Origin: Octopus sinensis
Lineage: Eukaryota
DNA: 64,000 nucleotides
NCBI RefSeq assembly: GCF_006345805.1
Contig: NC_043002.1
Coordinates: forward strand, 4,092,001-4,156,000
Reading direction: 5' to 3'
The position numbers and the translations under genes are program-made. The notes beneath the pieces were generated by a model. That model saw only the letters and a list, made by a program, of their open reading frames with translations, did no database searches and had not been told where the DNA came from. Every line of letters starts with the position of its first letter. The stretch's first letter is position 1. Of the stretch, positions 51,111 to 62,349 are shown piece after piece.

Positions 51111-51495
51111 ACTCTTACTCCTTTACTTGTTTCAGTTATTTGACTGCGGCCATGCTGGAGCACTGCCTTTAGTCGAGCAAATCGACCCCGGGACTTATTC
51201 TTTGTAAGCCCAGTACTTATTCTATCGGTCTCTTTTGCCGAATCGCTAATTCACGGCGACGGAAACACACCAGCATCGGTTGTCAAGCAATGCTAGAGGG
51301 AAAAAACAGACACACAAACTTATATATATACGATAGGCTTCTTTCAGTTTCTGTCTACCAAATCCACTCACAAGGCATTGGTCGGCCCGGGGCTATAGCA
51401 GAAGACACTTGCCCAAGATGCCACGCAGTGGGACTGAACCCGGAACTATGTGGTTGGTTAGCAAGCTACTTACTACACAGCCACTCCTGCGCCTC
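51111..51495 (-). mobile_element. Family B SINE inserted in array copy 2
   Basis: Full reverse-complement family B body interrupting CCTCCRGTAT|..CAACCTCC. Confidence 0.9.
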
Positions 51496-53019
51496 TGTCA
51501 ACCTCCTTTTCTCAAAAGTTATCTGAAAAATCTCCCATCACAATTTCATGGTAAGTTTCATTCCTAACACCAACTCTTTTACTAAATTCTTCCCTACTTC
51601 AGTAGAAATATGGCAATGAAAGGGTCAAATCAACTCCTTGCCTCCTGCTAGTTTTATTAGGACTCAAGAAAAGTGAAAAGCAGAAATCAATCTTGACAGG
51701 ACTTATCAGATGGGCAGAAACCAATGCCCATGGGCATGGCTGTGTAGTTCAGAGTTCAGTCCCACTGTGTGGCACCATGGGAAAATGTCTTCTAGCCTTG
51801 GGTTGACCAAAGCCTTATGAGTACACTTGGTAGACAGAAACTGAAAGAAGTCCATTGTACCTTTGTTCGTCCACTCACCACCACTTGACAAAAGAGACCA
51901 ATAGAATAAATACCAAGCCTTAAAAAAAAAAAAAGTTCTGGGTTCAAATCATTAGACTATGAACTCACTAAAGAGACTGGGATATCACCACAATTACTGC
52001 AAAATCAGTATTAAATCTAATGCAAGAGTCAACAAGAATTTATTCAATGCATCAACAACTTTTGCTCAAGACCCAAACTCTACACTATGAGAAACAAGAA
52101 AAAGGATTAGAGATTAATCTTAGGCCAAGTAATGCCAAAATTATTTCAGCTCCAACCCTAGACAAAAAAAAAATACAACCCACACTATGCAAGACACTTT
52201 CCATCCAATAGCTCAACTTGTACAAAACACTGAACACAATTCAATAACCGTAACAGATTTTGTAAATTAAAACTATTTCTGGATAGCAGACCAATGACAA
52301 AGCTAAGAGACTTAGATTCTTCATGTGCTGGGTGAAATAAAATAAAATCTGGACTCAAGTCTAAGAGCTGACAATTGCAATTATGTACTAAATCAGTTGT
52401 ACCGTTTCCGCACAAAATTCAGACTGGGGCGGTATCATTGTCATCACTTTAGTACACTACCAAGATGAAGTATAAAACCTAACAGGGTTTCAAACAATTT
52501 TTAACACAAGCACATTTATTGGATTAACCCTTCTTGACACCACTTGGGACCTCCTTCAGTATTGCAACCTCCTTTTCATAAAGTTATCTGAAAAATCTCC
52601 CATCAGTTTCATTCCTAACACCAGCTCTTTTACTAAATTCTCCCCTATTTCAGTAGAAATATGGCAATGAAATGGTTAAATCAACTCCTTGCCTCGTGCT
52701 AGTTTTATTAGGACTCAAGAACGGTGAAAAGCAGAAATCAATGCCCGTGGGCATGGCTGTGTAGTTAGAAGTGTAGTTCAGAGTTCAGTCCCACTGTGTG
52801 GCACCACGGGCAAATGTCTTCTCCAAGCCTTATGAGTAGACTTGGTAGACAGAAACTGAAAGAAGTCCAGTGTGCCTTTGTTCGTCCACTCACCACTACT
52901 TGACTAAAGAGACCAATAGAATAAATACCAAGCCTTAAAAAAAAAAGTACTGGGTTTCAAATCATTAGACTATGAACTCACTAAAGAGACTGGGATATCA
53001 CCACAATTACTGCCAAATC

Positions 53020-54437
53020 TGGCAACGGGTGTCATACCTGCGGACTGAAGAACAGCGATAATGTGCCCAATTTTCAAGAAAGGGAGCCGCGAAGACCCGC
53101 TTAACTACCGACCGGTTTCCCGGACATCAACAATCAGCAAGATGTTCGAAACCATCCTTAAAAAAGGTATGATGCTCCACCTCCAAAACACAGTCTATCT
53201 CTGATTCCCAACACGGCTTCGTGCCGAAGTGATCATGCTTGACCCAACTCACTGGTAATGGAAGAATTGGTGACGCGCATCCTCGATGATAGTGATGCTG
53301 TTGACATCGTTTTATTGGACTTTGCCAAAGCTTTTGACTCGGTAAACCACCACCTATTACTTGTCAAGCTCCAAGCATATAGTTTCCATCCAGATATTGC
53401 ACGATGGGTTGGAGCCTTCCTCCCAGATCGCTCCTTCCAAGTCCAAGTTAATGGTTCCCAGTCCGACGTCTCCAGTGCGAGCCTCAAGGTTCAGTGCTTG
53501 GGCCCTTATTGTTCTTAGTCTTCATAAATGACTTGCCCAACGACCTCACGCAACACACCCTTCTATTTGCCTACGATGTCAAACTGGTCGCTCCTCGCGG
53601 TGATATAGAGGATCTTCGTCGATGCCTCCACCAAATTTGGAGGTGGTCTAACGAATGGGACCTGTGTCTGAATGTGTCAAAGTGCTGTCATCTGCCTGTT
53701 GGCTCTCCTCCTGCAACTCAACTTGATTTCGAGCCGGGTCGTCTGCTGCTGGAGAGGACCAATCAGGTAAAGGACCTGGGTATCTTGGTGGAGTCCTCCT
53801 TTACACCTTCAACCCAGTGCGCTCATGCTGCCAACAAAGCATGCGGAATTCTGTTCTTGATTCGACGGTCAATCGGAATGCTCACAGCAGCCATATTCCT
53901 ACCACTCTATGTCACGCTGGTGAGACCCATATTGGAGTACGGGATTCAAGCCTCTTCTCCTTATCTCCTCAAAGACATAAAGCATCTCGAAAGAGTCCAG
54001 AAGCTGGCTACCCGAATGGCTCTTGGTCTCAAGAATTTGTCTTATGAAGAAAGGCTGAAGACGCTCGACCTTTATTCTCTAGAAAAACGCCGCCGCCGTG
54101 GTGATCTCATTCTTGCTCACATCATAAGCGGAAAGTGTAACCTCTCGAAAGAGCTGTTCTTCACTCCTGCTCCAGAGCTTCGGCTGCGGGGTTATTCCGA
54201 AAAGCTCTATCTGCGACGATTTCATCTCAATCGAAGGAGAGGGGCTTTCTCCGTCCGGGTTGCGGATCCGTGGAATAAGCTGCCAGACAAGATGGTGAAG
54301 ATGCCGACGACCGCTCAGTTCAGTTCAAAGTCTCCCTTGACCTCAAGTGGCCTGAACACTTTACATGAACACCACCCTGTACATAACTCCATGTCCCCCT
54401 ACATGGCTTTGCTTTTTGAGCCAAAAAATTAACTAAC
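53020..54437 (+). mobile_element. 5'-truncated CR1-clade LINE (RT domain, frameshifted, catalytic FADD changed to FAYD)
   Basis: GVIPAD..PIFKKG..NYRPVS; LDFAKAFDSVNH; GPLLFLVFIND; FAYDVK; RPILEYG; RRRRGDLI; LRGYSEKL..FSVRVADPWNKLP; 3' hairpin CCATGT/ACATGG and (ACTA)n tail. Confidence 0.93.
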
Positions 54438-54918
54438 TAATGCAAGAGTCAACAAGAATTTATTCAATGCATCAACAACTTTTGCTCAAGACCCAAACTC
54501 TACACTATGAGAAACAAGAAAAAGGATTAGAGATTAATCTTAGGCCAAGTAATGTCAAAATTATTTCAGCTCCAACCCTAGACAAAAAAAAAATACAACC
54601 CACACTATGCAAGACACTTTCCATCCAATAGCTCAACTTGTACAAAACACTGAACACAATTCAATAACCTTAACAGATTTTATAAATTACAACTATTTCT
54701 GGATAGCAGACCAATGACAAAGCTAAGAGACTTAGATTCTTCATGTGCTGGGTGAAATAAAATATAATCTGGACTCAAGTCTAAGAGCTGACAATTGCAA
54801 TTATGTACTAAATCAGTTGTACCGTTTCCGCACAAAATTCAGACTGGGGCGGTATCATTGTCATCACTTTAGTACACTACTAAGATGCTAAACTGATCAG
54901 AGAGCATTTGTAGTTTAA

Positions 54919-55640
54919 CCCTTTCGTTACCAAACCGCCCAAACCCACCCGTATTTACCTATTCATATTTAAATGAGAATATCAGTGCAAATCTCTTTAG
55001 TACATTCGTGAAAACACGTGATGATACTTCGTAAACACTTCATTTACGGTTTTGTACAACGATCGATGTGTAATTTTAATTCCGTGAATTTTGGGAGATT
55101 TTTTCCGAAATTTGTTCCTTTTGTGTTTTCAAAATTTGTAATTCTGACAAAAAATGGATACGAATTTCATTATATCAAGAAGCGAGTCAGAATTCGAAGG
55201 ATTTTCTACTGAAGACCTTGATAAATCTAACTATGACTAAAAAAAAAAAAAAGCATGTGGTATTTGATAATGAATCTGATGCTTCGTTTTCCATAAGTGA
55301 AAACAGTGAATCCGAGAGCTCCGACAGCGATAAAGAAAATGAATTGGCACCTGAATGGAGTGAAAATTTAAAAACTGTCTCTTTCGGTGATTTTTCTGAA
55401 GAAACTGGACCAAGCCACAGACTTTCCCAGGAGAGTAAAGCCTTAGACCATTTCTTTTTACTTTTTCGAATGTGCCTATTTGAAATCATTACGGCAGAAA
55501 CAAACGGTTACGCTAAACGTAAACAAAGCGAAAGAAACGATAGTTTGTGGTTTCCCACAACCTTAAATGAAATTAAGACTATTTTGCCATAAATATTATT
55601 ATGGGTATCAGAAAGTTACCCAGAATAACAAATTCTATTG
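54919..55640 (+). mobile_element. piggyBac left end with frameshifted transposase N-terminus (3'-truncated)
   Basis: TTAA-CCCTTTCGTTAC (same TIR as the 46082 MITE); MDTNFIISRSESEFEGFS; FSEETGPS..ALDHFFLLF..EIITAETNGYA..WFPTTLNEIK-(fs)-FAINIIMGIRKLP. Confidence 0.92.
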
Positions 55641-57570
55641 TATTTTGTTGTATACCCAATTGAATATTAGCTAATAACCCATTTTCTATAGCAATGTTTG
55701 AACAAAATTTTAATAATTTTATATTTTGTTGAATTTACCTGTATCTACCTGCAATTAGAGTCACTTTGTGACAAAAATTATAGTATAGAATTGGTTGAGA
55801 ACATTTCATTAAATTATCTTCCAAAAATCACATTAATATATTGATAAATAAAAAAGTAATAGTTGTTTAATGAAACAAGACTAAATTTATGATTACATTA
55901 GAAATTAATTGAAACACATAAAATCTGGACTCAAGTCTAAGAGCTGACAATTGCAATTATGTACTAAATCAGTTGTACCGTTTCCGCACAAAATTCAGAC
56001 TGGGGCGGTATCATTGTCATCACCTTAGTACACTACCAAGATGAAGTATAAAACCTAACAGGGTTTCAAACAATTTTTAACAGAAACACATCTATTGGAT
56101 GAACCCTTCTTGACACCACTTGGGACCTCCTCCGGTATGGCAACCTCCTTTTCATAAAGTTATCTGAAAAATCTGCCATCACAATTTCATGGTAAGTTTC
56201 ATTCCTAACACCAGCTCTTTTACTAAATTCTTCCCTACTTCAGTAGAAATATGGCAATGAAAGGGTTAAATCAACTCCTTGCCTCGTGCTAGTTTTATTA
56301 GGACTCAAGAAAGGTGAAAAGCAGAAATCAATCTTGATAGGACTTATCAGAGGGGCAGAAACCAATGCCCGCGGGCATGGCTGTGTAGTTAGAAGTGTAG
56401 TTCAGAGTTCAGTCCCACTTGTATAATACACTTAACAGATTTTGTAAATTACAACTATTTCTGGATAGCAGACCATTGACAAAGCTAAGAGATTTAGATT
56501 CTTCATGTGCTGGGTGAAATAAAATAAAATCTGGACTCAAGTCTAAGAGCTGACAATTGCAATTATGTACTAAATCAGTTGTACCGTTTCCGCACAAAAT
56601 TCAGACTGGGGCGGTATCATTGTCATCACTTTAGTACACTACCAAGATGAAGTATAAAACCTAACAGGGTTTCAAACAATTTTTAACAGAAACACATCTA
56701 TTGGATTAACCCTTCTTGACACCCCTTGGGACCTCCTCCGGTATGGCAACCTCCTTTTCATAAAGTTATCTGAAAAATCTCCCATCACAATTTCATGCTA
56801 AGTTTCATTCCTAACACCAGCTCTTTTACTAAATTCTTCCCTATTTTAGCAGAAATATGGCAATGAATGGTTTAAAATCAACTCCTTGCCTCGTGCTAGT
56901 TTTATTAGGATTCAAGAAAGGTAAAAAGCAGAAACCAATGCCCACCCACCACTACTTGACTAAAGAGACCAATAGAATAAATACCAAGCCTTAAAAAAAA
57001 AAAGGTACTGGGTTTCAAATCATTAGACTATGAACTCACTAAAGAGACGGGGATATCACCACAATTACTGCAAAATCAGTATTAAATCTAATGCAAGAGT
57101 CAACAAGAATTTATTCAATGCATCAACAACTTTTGCTCAAGACCCAAACTCTACACTATGAGAAACAAGAAAAAGGATTAGAGATTAATCTTAGGCCAAG
57201 TAATGCCAAAATTATTTCAGCTCCAACCCTAGACAAAAAAAAAATACAACCCACACTATGCAAGACACTTTCCATTCAATAGCTCAACTTGTACAAAACA
57301 CTGAACACAATTCAATAACCGTAACAGATTTTGTAAATTAAAACTATGTCTGGATAGCAGACCATTGACAAAGCTAAGAGACTTAGATTCTTCATGTGCT
57401 GGGTGAAATAAAATATAATCTGGACTCAAGTCTAAGAGCTGACAATTGCAATTATGTACTAAATCAGTTGTACCGTTTCCGCACAAAATTCAGACTGGGG
57501 CGGTATCATTGTCATCACCTTAGTACACTACCAAGATGCTAAATTTGATTAGAGAACATTTGCAGTTTAA

Positions 57571-58155
57571 CCCCTTAATTTTGGTTCATAATAAAAATCC
57601 GACCGTGAGAACCTGTTGTTATCTAAATGTAAATTTGAACCCAAATCTCGTTGGCACATTCGTTAAAACATGTGATTTCACATCGTAAACAGTTAAGTTA
57701 TAGTATCCGACATTGCTTGAAGTGATATCTCAACTCAGTGAATTTTGGGAGATTTTTTCCACATTCTTTTCGGCATCGATTTTTCTTCAACTTTGAAAAT
57801 GGATAGGAGTTTCATGTTATCAAGCATTGATTCTGAATTTAAAGCTTTTTCAAAGGAAAATAGGGAGATATCGAGAAAAAGAACGAAATAGGTACTAAAG
57901 CACGTTGTGTACAAAATAATGAATGATATTTTTTTATCCGAAAATGAAAGCAGCGCCTTCCGAAGAAACAAAGCGGCGATGGCGACAGCAACATCGGAAT
58001 GAAGTAAAAAAAACTTCAGACATGTTTTTATTAGCAATTTTTCTGGGGAGATAGTTTATCTATAGTTTTTCTTAGGAAGCGAAACCGTTAGACTTTTATT
58101 TTTTTTCAGTATGCTAGTTTGAAGCGATCACTTCGGAAACAAATTTACAGGAAAA
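57571..58155 (+). mobile_element. Second, strongly diverged piggyBac-like left end and transposase N-terminus
   Basis: TTAA-CCC start; shared islands with the 54919 element (CAAATCTC..ACATTCGT.AAAACA.GTGAT; GTGAATTTTGGGAGATTTTTTCC); MDRSFMLSSIDSEFKAFS..HVV..FEAITSETN; stops. Confidence 0.8.
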
Positions 58156-58611
58156 AAGACTACACTATACAAGACACTTTCCATCCAAGTCTAAGAGCTG
58201 ACAATTGCAATTATGTACTAAATCAGTTGTACCGTTTCCGCACAAAATTCAGACTGGGGCGGTATCATTGTCATCACTTTAGTACACTACCAAGATGAAG
58301 TATAAAACCTAACAGGGTTTTTAAAGAGACCAATAGAATAAATACCAAGCCTTAAAGTACTGGGTTCAATACATTCAACTAAAATTCAAAGCAATGTCAC
58401 AGAATGGTTGCACTTCAATGACTGAAACAAGTAAAAGAAGAAAGACAAGCGTTTACTAAAATCACTTAAATCGATTCAGTCACAGAATTCAGACTGGGGC
58501 GAAACCTTATTCATCACAATTAGTCCATTAATTGCCAACTATCCAATATTAGGGTATTTTGAAACCAAAAACTGTCACTACTGTAATATAAAAAGAAATA
58601 GTTTCATACAT

Positions 58612-58975
58612 ACTCTCTTTTACTTGTTTCAGCCATTTGACTGCGGCCATGCTGGAGCACCGCCTTTAGTCGAGCAAATCGACCACGGGATTTATTCTTT
58701 TGTAAGCCCAGTACTTATTCTATCTGACTCTTCTGCCGAACCGCTAAGCTACGGGGACGCAAGCACACGAGCATCGGTTGTCAAGCAATGCTAGGGGGAC
58801 AAACAGACACACTAACACATATATATATATACGACAGGCATCTTTCAGTTTCCGTCTACCAAATCCACTCACAAGGCATTGGTCGGCCTGGGGCTATAGC
58901 AGAAGACACTTGCCCAAGATGCCACGCAATGGGACTGAACCCGGAACCATGTGGTTGGTTAGCAAGCTACTTACC
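58612..58975 (-). mobile_element. Family B SINE
   Basis: Reverse-complement family B body. Confidence 0.88.
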
Positions 58976-59254
58976 ACGTCTAAAATATACAAAGCACTAA
59001 CTCCAAATTGTTCAGAACTGCACATACAAAAGCCATCCTTCCATCTCTAATCTTTCTAAGCTAGTCCAGTTTGCCCTCTTCACCATCTCATCATTTTAGC
59101 CCCTGCAAGTCAAACATGACTACACTCATATAGCCTAAGGGCAGTTTGCCCCATAACTCTCATAAAAATACAAATCTCTTTTATGAAATTTTCCAGTGAA
59201 GAGGATAAGAATTGGGCAGACTTTACTAAATGCATGTTTGCATGAAATTTACCA

Positions 59255-59650
59255 GGCACAGGAGTGGCTGTGTGGTAAGTAGCTTGCAAACCAACCACAT
59301 GGTTCCGGGTTCAGTCCCACTGCATGGCATCTTGGGCAAGTGTCTTCTGCTATAGCCCCAGGCCGACCAATGCCTTGTGAGTGGATTTGGTAGACGGAAA
59401 CTGAAAGAAGCCTGTCGTATATATATGTATGTGTGTGTATGTGTTTGTCCCCCCTAGCATTGCTTGACAACCGATGCTGGTGTGTTTACGTCCCCGTCAC
59501 TTAGTGGTTCGGCAAGATAGACCGATAGAATAAGTACTGAGCTTACAAAAGAATAAGTCCCGGGGTCGATTCGCTCGACTCAAGGCGGTGCTCTAGCATG
59601 GCCGCAGTCAAATGACTGAAACAAGTCAAAGAGCAAAAAGAGAGCAAAGA
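59255..59650 (+). mobile_element. Family B SINE, full length
   Basis: Head, core and tail as at 44006. Confidence 0.9.
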
Positions 59651-60140
59651 GTATACAGAAGCACCCGTAACCTTTTATGGTACTTCCAATATCAGTTTGT
59701 TCAGTAAACTCTAAATTTTTTCCAAGTTTTACCAATGTAATTGTAACATACCGTACCATTGAAAACACATTTCATTAAAAAGCTGATTAAAACTATGCAA
59801 GAGCACAAGATCTACCTCATCAGGTAACACCATCATTTCAGCAATGTACAGCTGAATAAATCAATGCTAGATTCTCATAACTTGATATTTTTTCCTTCCT
59901 ATATTTACAGGAAGTTCCCCATAGGGAACTCCCAATCGCACCACCATCTGGTCAATATCCTTACCTTCATTATCCTGACCGTCGTGCGTCTCGCAGCCTG
60001 AAATCACTAATCAGTCCATGTTGAGTGGTGCACTCTTCAGAGGAGCCATATTCTGTTCATCGTATGCAGTCTTTGGTTTGACTCATTCCCTGTACCATAT
60101 CCACTGCCTCCACATAAACCAAAATCAGAAACAGATTTCC

Positions 60141-60904
60141 GGTACTAGTCGCGCATCTGCACTAGCCAGTTGTAGGTAGTCGATCCTACAGCGACTTGCA
60201 TATGCAAATGAGCTGATTGGCGCATGCGCGATACATACTTGTAACGCACGTGCGCAATACATATTTGTTTGCGATCAACATAAAATACTATTTTACAGAA
60301 TAAAGTTGATTAAATAATTCTTAAAAATTAATTAATATTAATAATACTTTTTGAACAAAGTAAATAATTTTTTAAACTTAAATCTTCAAATGTATACCAT
60401 TCTGAAAGATGTTTAAGAATATTCTCAAAAGTCTTTCCCACTTTTCCCGTATTGATCCTTCCACAGAAATTCATCTAGGTAAGAATCCACCATGTTGGAG
60501 TGTACCCCCATCATGGTCTTAAAGCGTCCTTTCGCATTCTTCCAGTAACACTCCACAGAATTTGTGTGTACAAGTGTCACTGGATCTACAAAATTTTTTA
60601 CTTTGTTCAAAAAATATTATTAATATTAATTAATTTTCAAGAATTATTTAATTTATATAATTAATTCATTTATTTTATTCTGTAAAATAGCCTTTTATGT
60701 TGATCGCAAAATAATTAAGTTTAAGAAATTATATACGCTTGTGTAAAAAAAAATTATTATATAAGTTTTAAAAATTATTTACTTTATTCTGTAAAATAGT
60801 ATTTTATGTTGATCGCAAACCAGCTCATTTGCATCCGCAAGTCGACCACCCACGACTGGCTAGCACGTCTGCGCGCACCGGGTCCAGTCTACGTGACTAG
60901 TACC
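60141..60904 (-). mobile_element. Merlin internal-deletion element with long imperfect TIRs and transposase C-terminus
   Basis: Ends GGTACTAGTC / GACTAGTACC; flanks CAGATTTCC and TAGGTTTCC (7/9, 9-bp TSD); NFVDPVTLVHTNSVECYWKNAK..YLDEFLW (IS1595/Merlin C-terminus) at 60425-60595. Confidence 0.88.
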
Positions 60905-61384
60905 TAGGTTTCCAATGCTCATCCAGAGCATTCCAGCAACTTTTCCACGGAGAAGCCACAGTGTCTTTTGAATCTGCAAAAATAGATTAAAATATTTTCT
61001 CTCTTTTAAAATGATCTCATTTAGAATAATAACCAGAAAACCATCATTCAATACAGTATACAGGCAAATCTACAAATGTAATTGCAACTTCATCATATAA
61101 TAACCGGGCAGCAGTCGACAATTCCAAATTTAACATTCACCTATCTAGAACCATTAGTGAGCCAGAAAGTAATGCAATTGGCATAATTATATAAAAAAGA
61201 ATAAAGAACACAAAGAAACAAATTGTACAACTATTCTAACTATCACAGGTTCACTTTCCTACCTTTGAACAGTCCCTTTCAATGGCAGTATTACACCTAT
61301 GAACGAGGGTATATAATCCAACTACATAAAACTCCACAGGGTGGTAACATATCTAATTCCTTATAATAGTTTTTCGCTCTTTGA

Positions 61385-62020
61385 TCACCACCATAATAAT
61401 GTTCACCTCTCAGTGTCTCTTATTGAGCCAAAGAGATGGAAGTCTGAAGCTGCAAAACTATGTGAGCCTGGAGGGACAGATTCATCCACCCAAAAAAACA
61501 GGTGATTGCTTCCCTTGTTCTGAAGCTTGAACTAGGCTCATCATTGAACAAATTTGGCAGATTTTAAAAGGGTCTAAATGTATCCTTTCGGAGTTGATGG
61601 TTTCTCCTCTTTTTAAGAAACTAACACAACAACATGAGCATCCCAAAAGACAATTATTTCAGCTGACATCGAACTTTTTGTTCTTGTAGACATTGGATGT
61701 TACCAATTTCTTTACTACCCACAAGGGGCTAAACACAGAGAGAACAAACAAGGGCAAACGGACTAAGTCGATACATCGACCCCAGTGCGTAACTGATACT
61801 TAATTTATCGACCCTGAAAGGATGAAAAACAAAGTCGACCTCGGCAGAATTTGAACTCAGAACGTAGCAGCAGACGAAACACGGCTACGCATTTCGCCCG
61901 GCATGCTAACAGTTCTGCCAGCTCGCCGCCTTGTAGACATTGGATGATACCATTCTAATGTCACTTGTCACTCTGGTGAATCCAAGTGAAAAATCGTTTT
62001 GAAAAGAATTCAATAATTAA
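61385..62020 (-). pseudogene. Decayed mariner transposase interrupted by a SINE
   Basis: PE*QVTLEWYHPMS, VFWDA, RGETINS, SDFHLFG fragments. Confidence 0.75.
61706..61930 (-). mobile_element. Family A SINE with ~23-bp TSD
   Basis: CTTGTAGACATTGGATG(T/A)TACCA on both sides. Confidence 0.9.
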
Positions 62021-62349
62021 AGATCAAGAGCATATGCGTCATTTATATCTGTACCAAATAATTTCTTAGGAAAATGCGCCTCTTACAATAAAAAAATTGT
62101 ACAGCTCTTTGACTCATTCCTGTACAATAGCATAAAGTTGGATTTTACTCAAGGTTTCAATACATTTAACTTAGCAAAAACATTGTATGCAACATTTCTT
62201 GAAGAATGAACCAATAATCTCCCTCAACCTTCCAAAGGAGCCTTTATTTACAAAGCTACAACAAAACCTGAAAAGACTTCTAAAAGTACTCCCTATTACA
62301 AGGTGAACGCACCTGACCAAATACTATTAAACAGCTGATTCCTTTAACT

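Larger units (their letters stand above)
48286..58370. repeat. Tandem array of a ~0.89-1.01-kb unit, ~8 full or partial near-identical copies
   Basis: Unit start ATCATTAGACTATGAACTCAC at 48286, 49175, 51948, 52961 and 57019; partial copies from ~55920, ~56431 and ~58160; unit tail derives from a family B SINE. Confidence 0.95.

Noticed and set aside
48358-57486. Recurring ORFs MQESTRIYS... (63 aa, +) and MCGNGTTDL... (76 aa, -) as a tandem gene family
   Set aside because: They recur only because the unit is recently amplified; they are short, overlap on opposite strands and have no recognisable domain. A third candidate minus-strand frame (VEFGSRAKVV...) has a stop in most copies.
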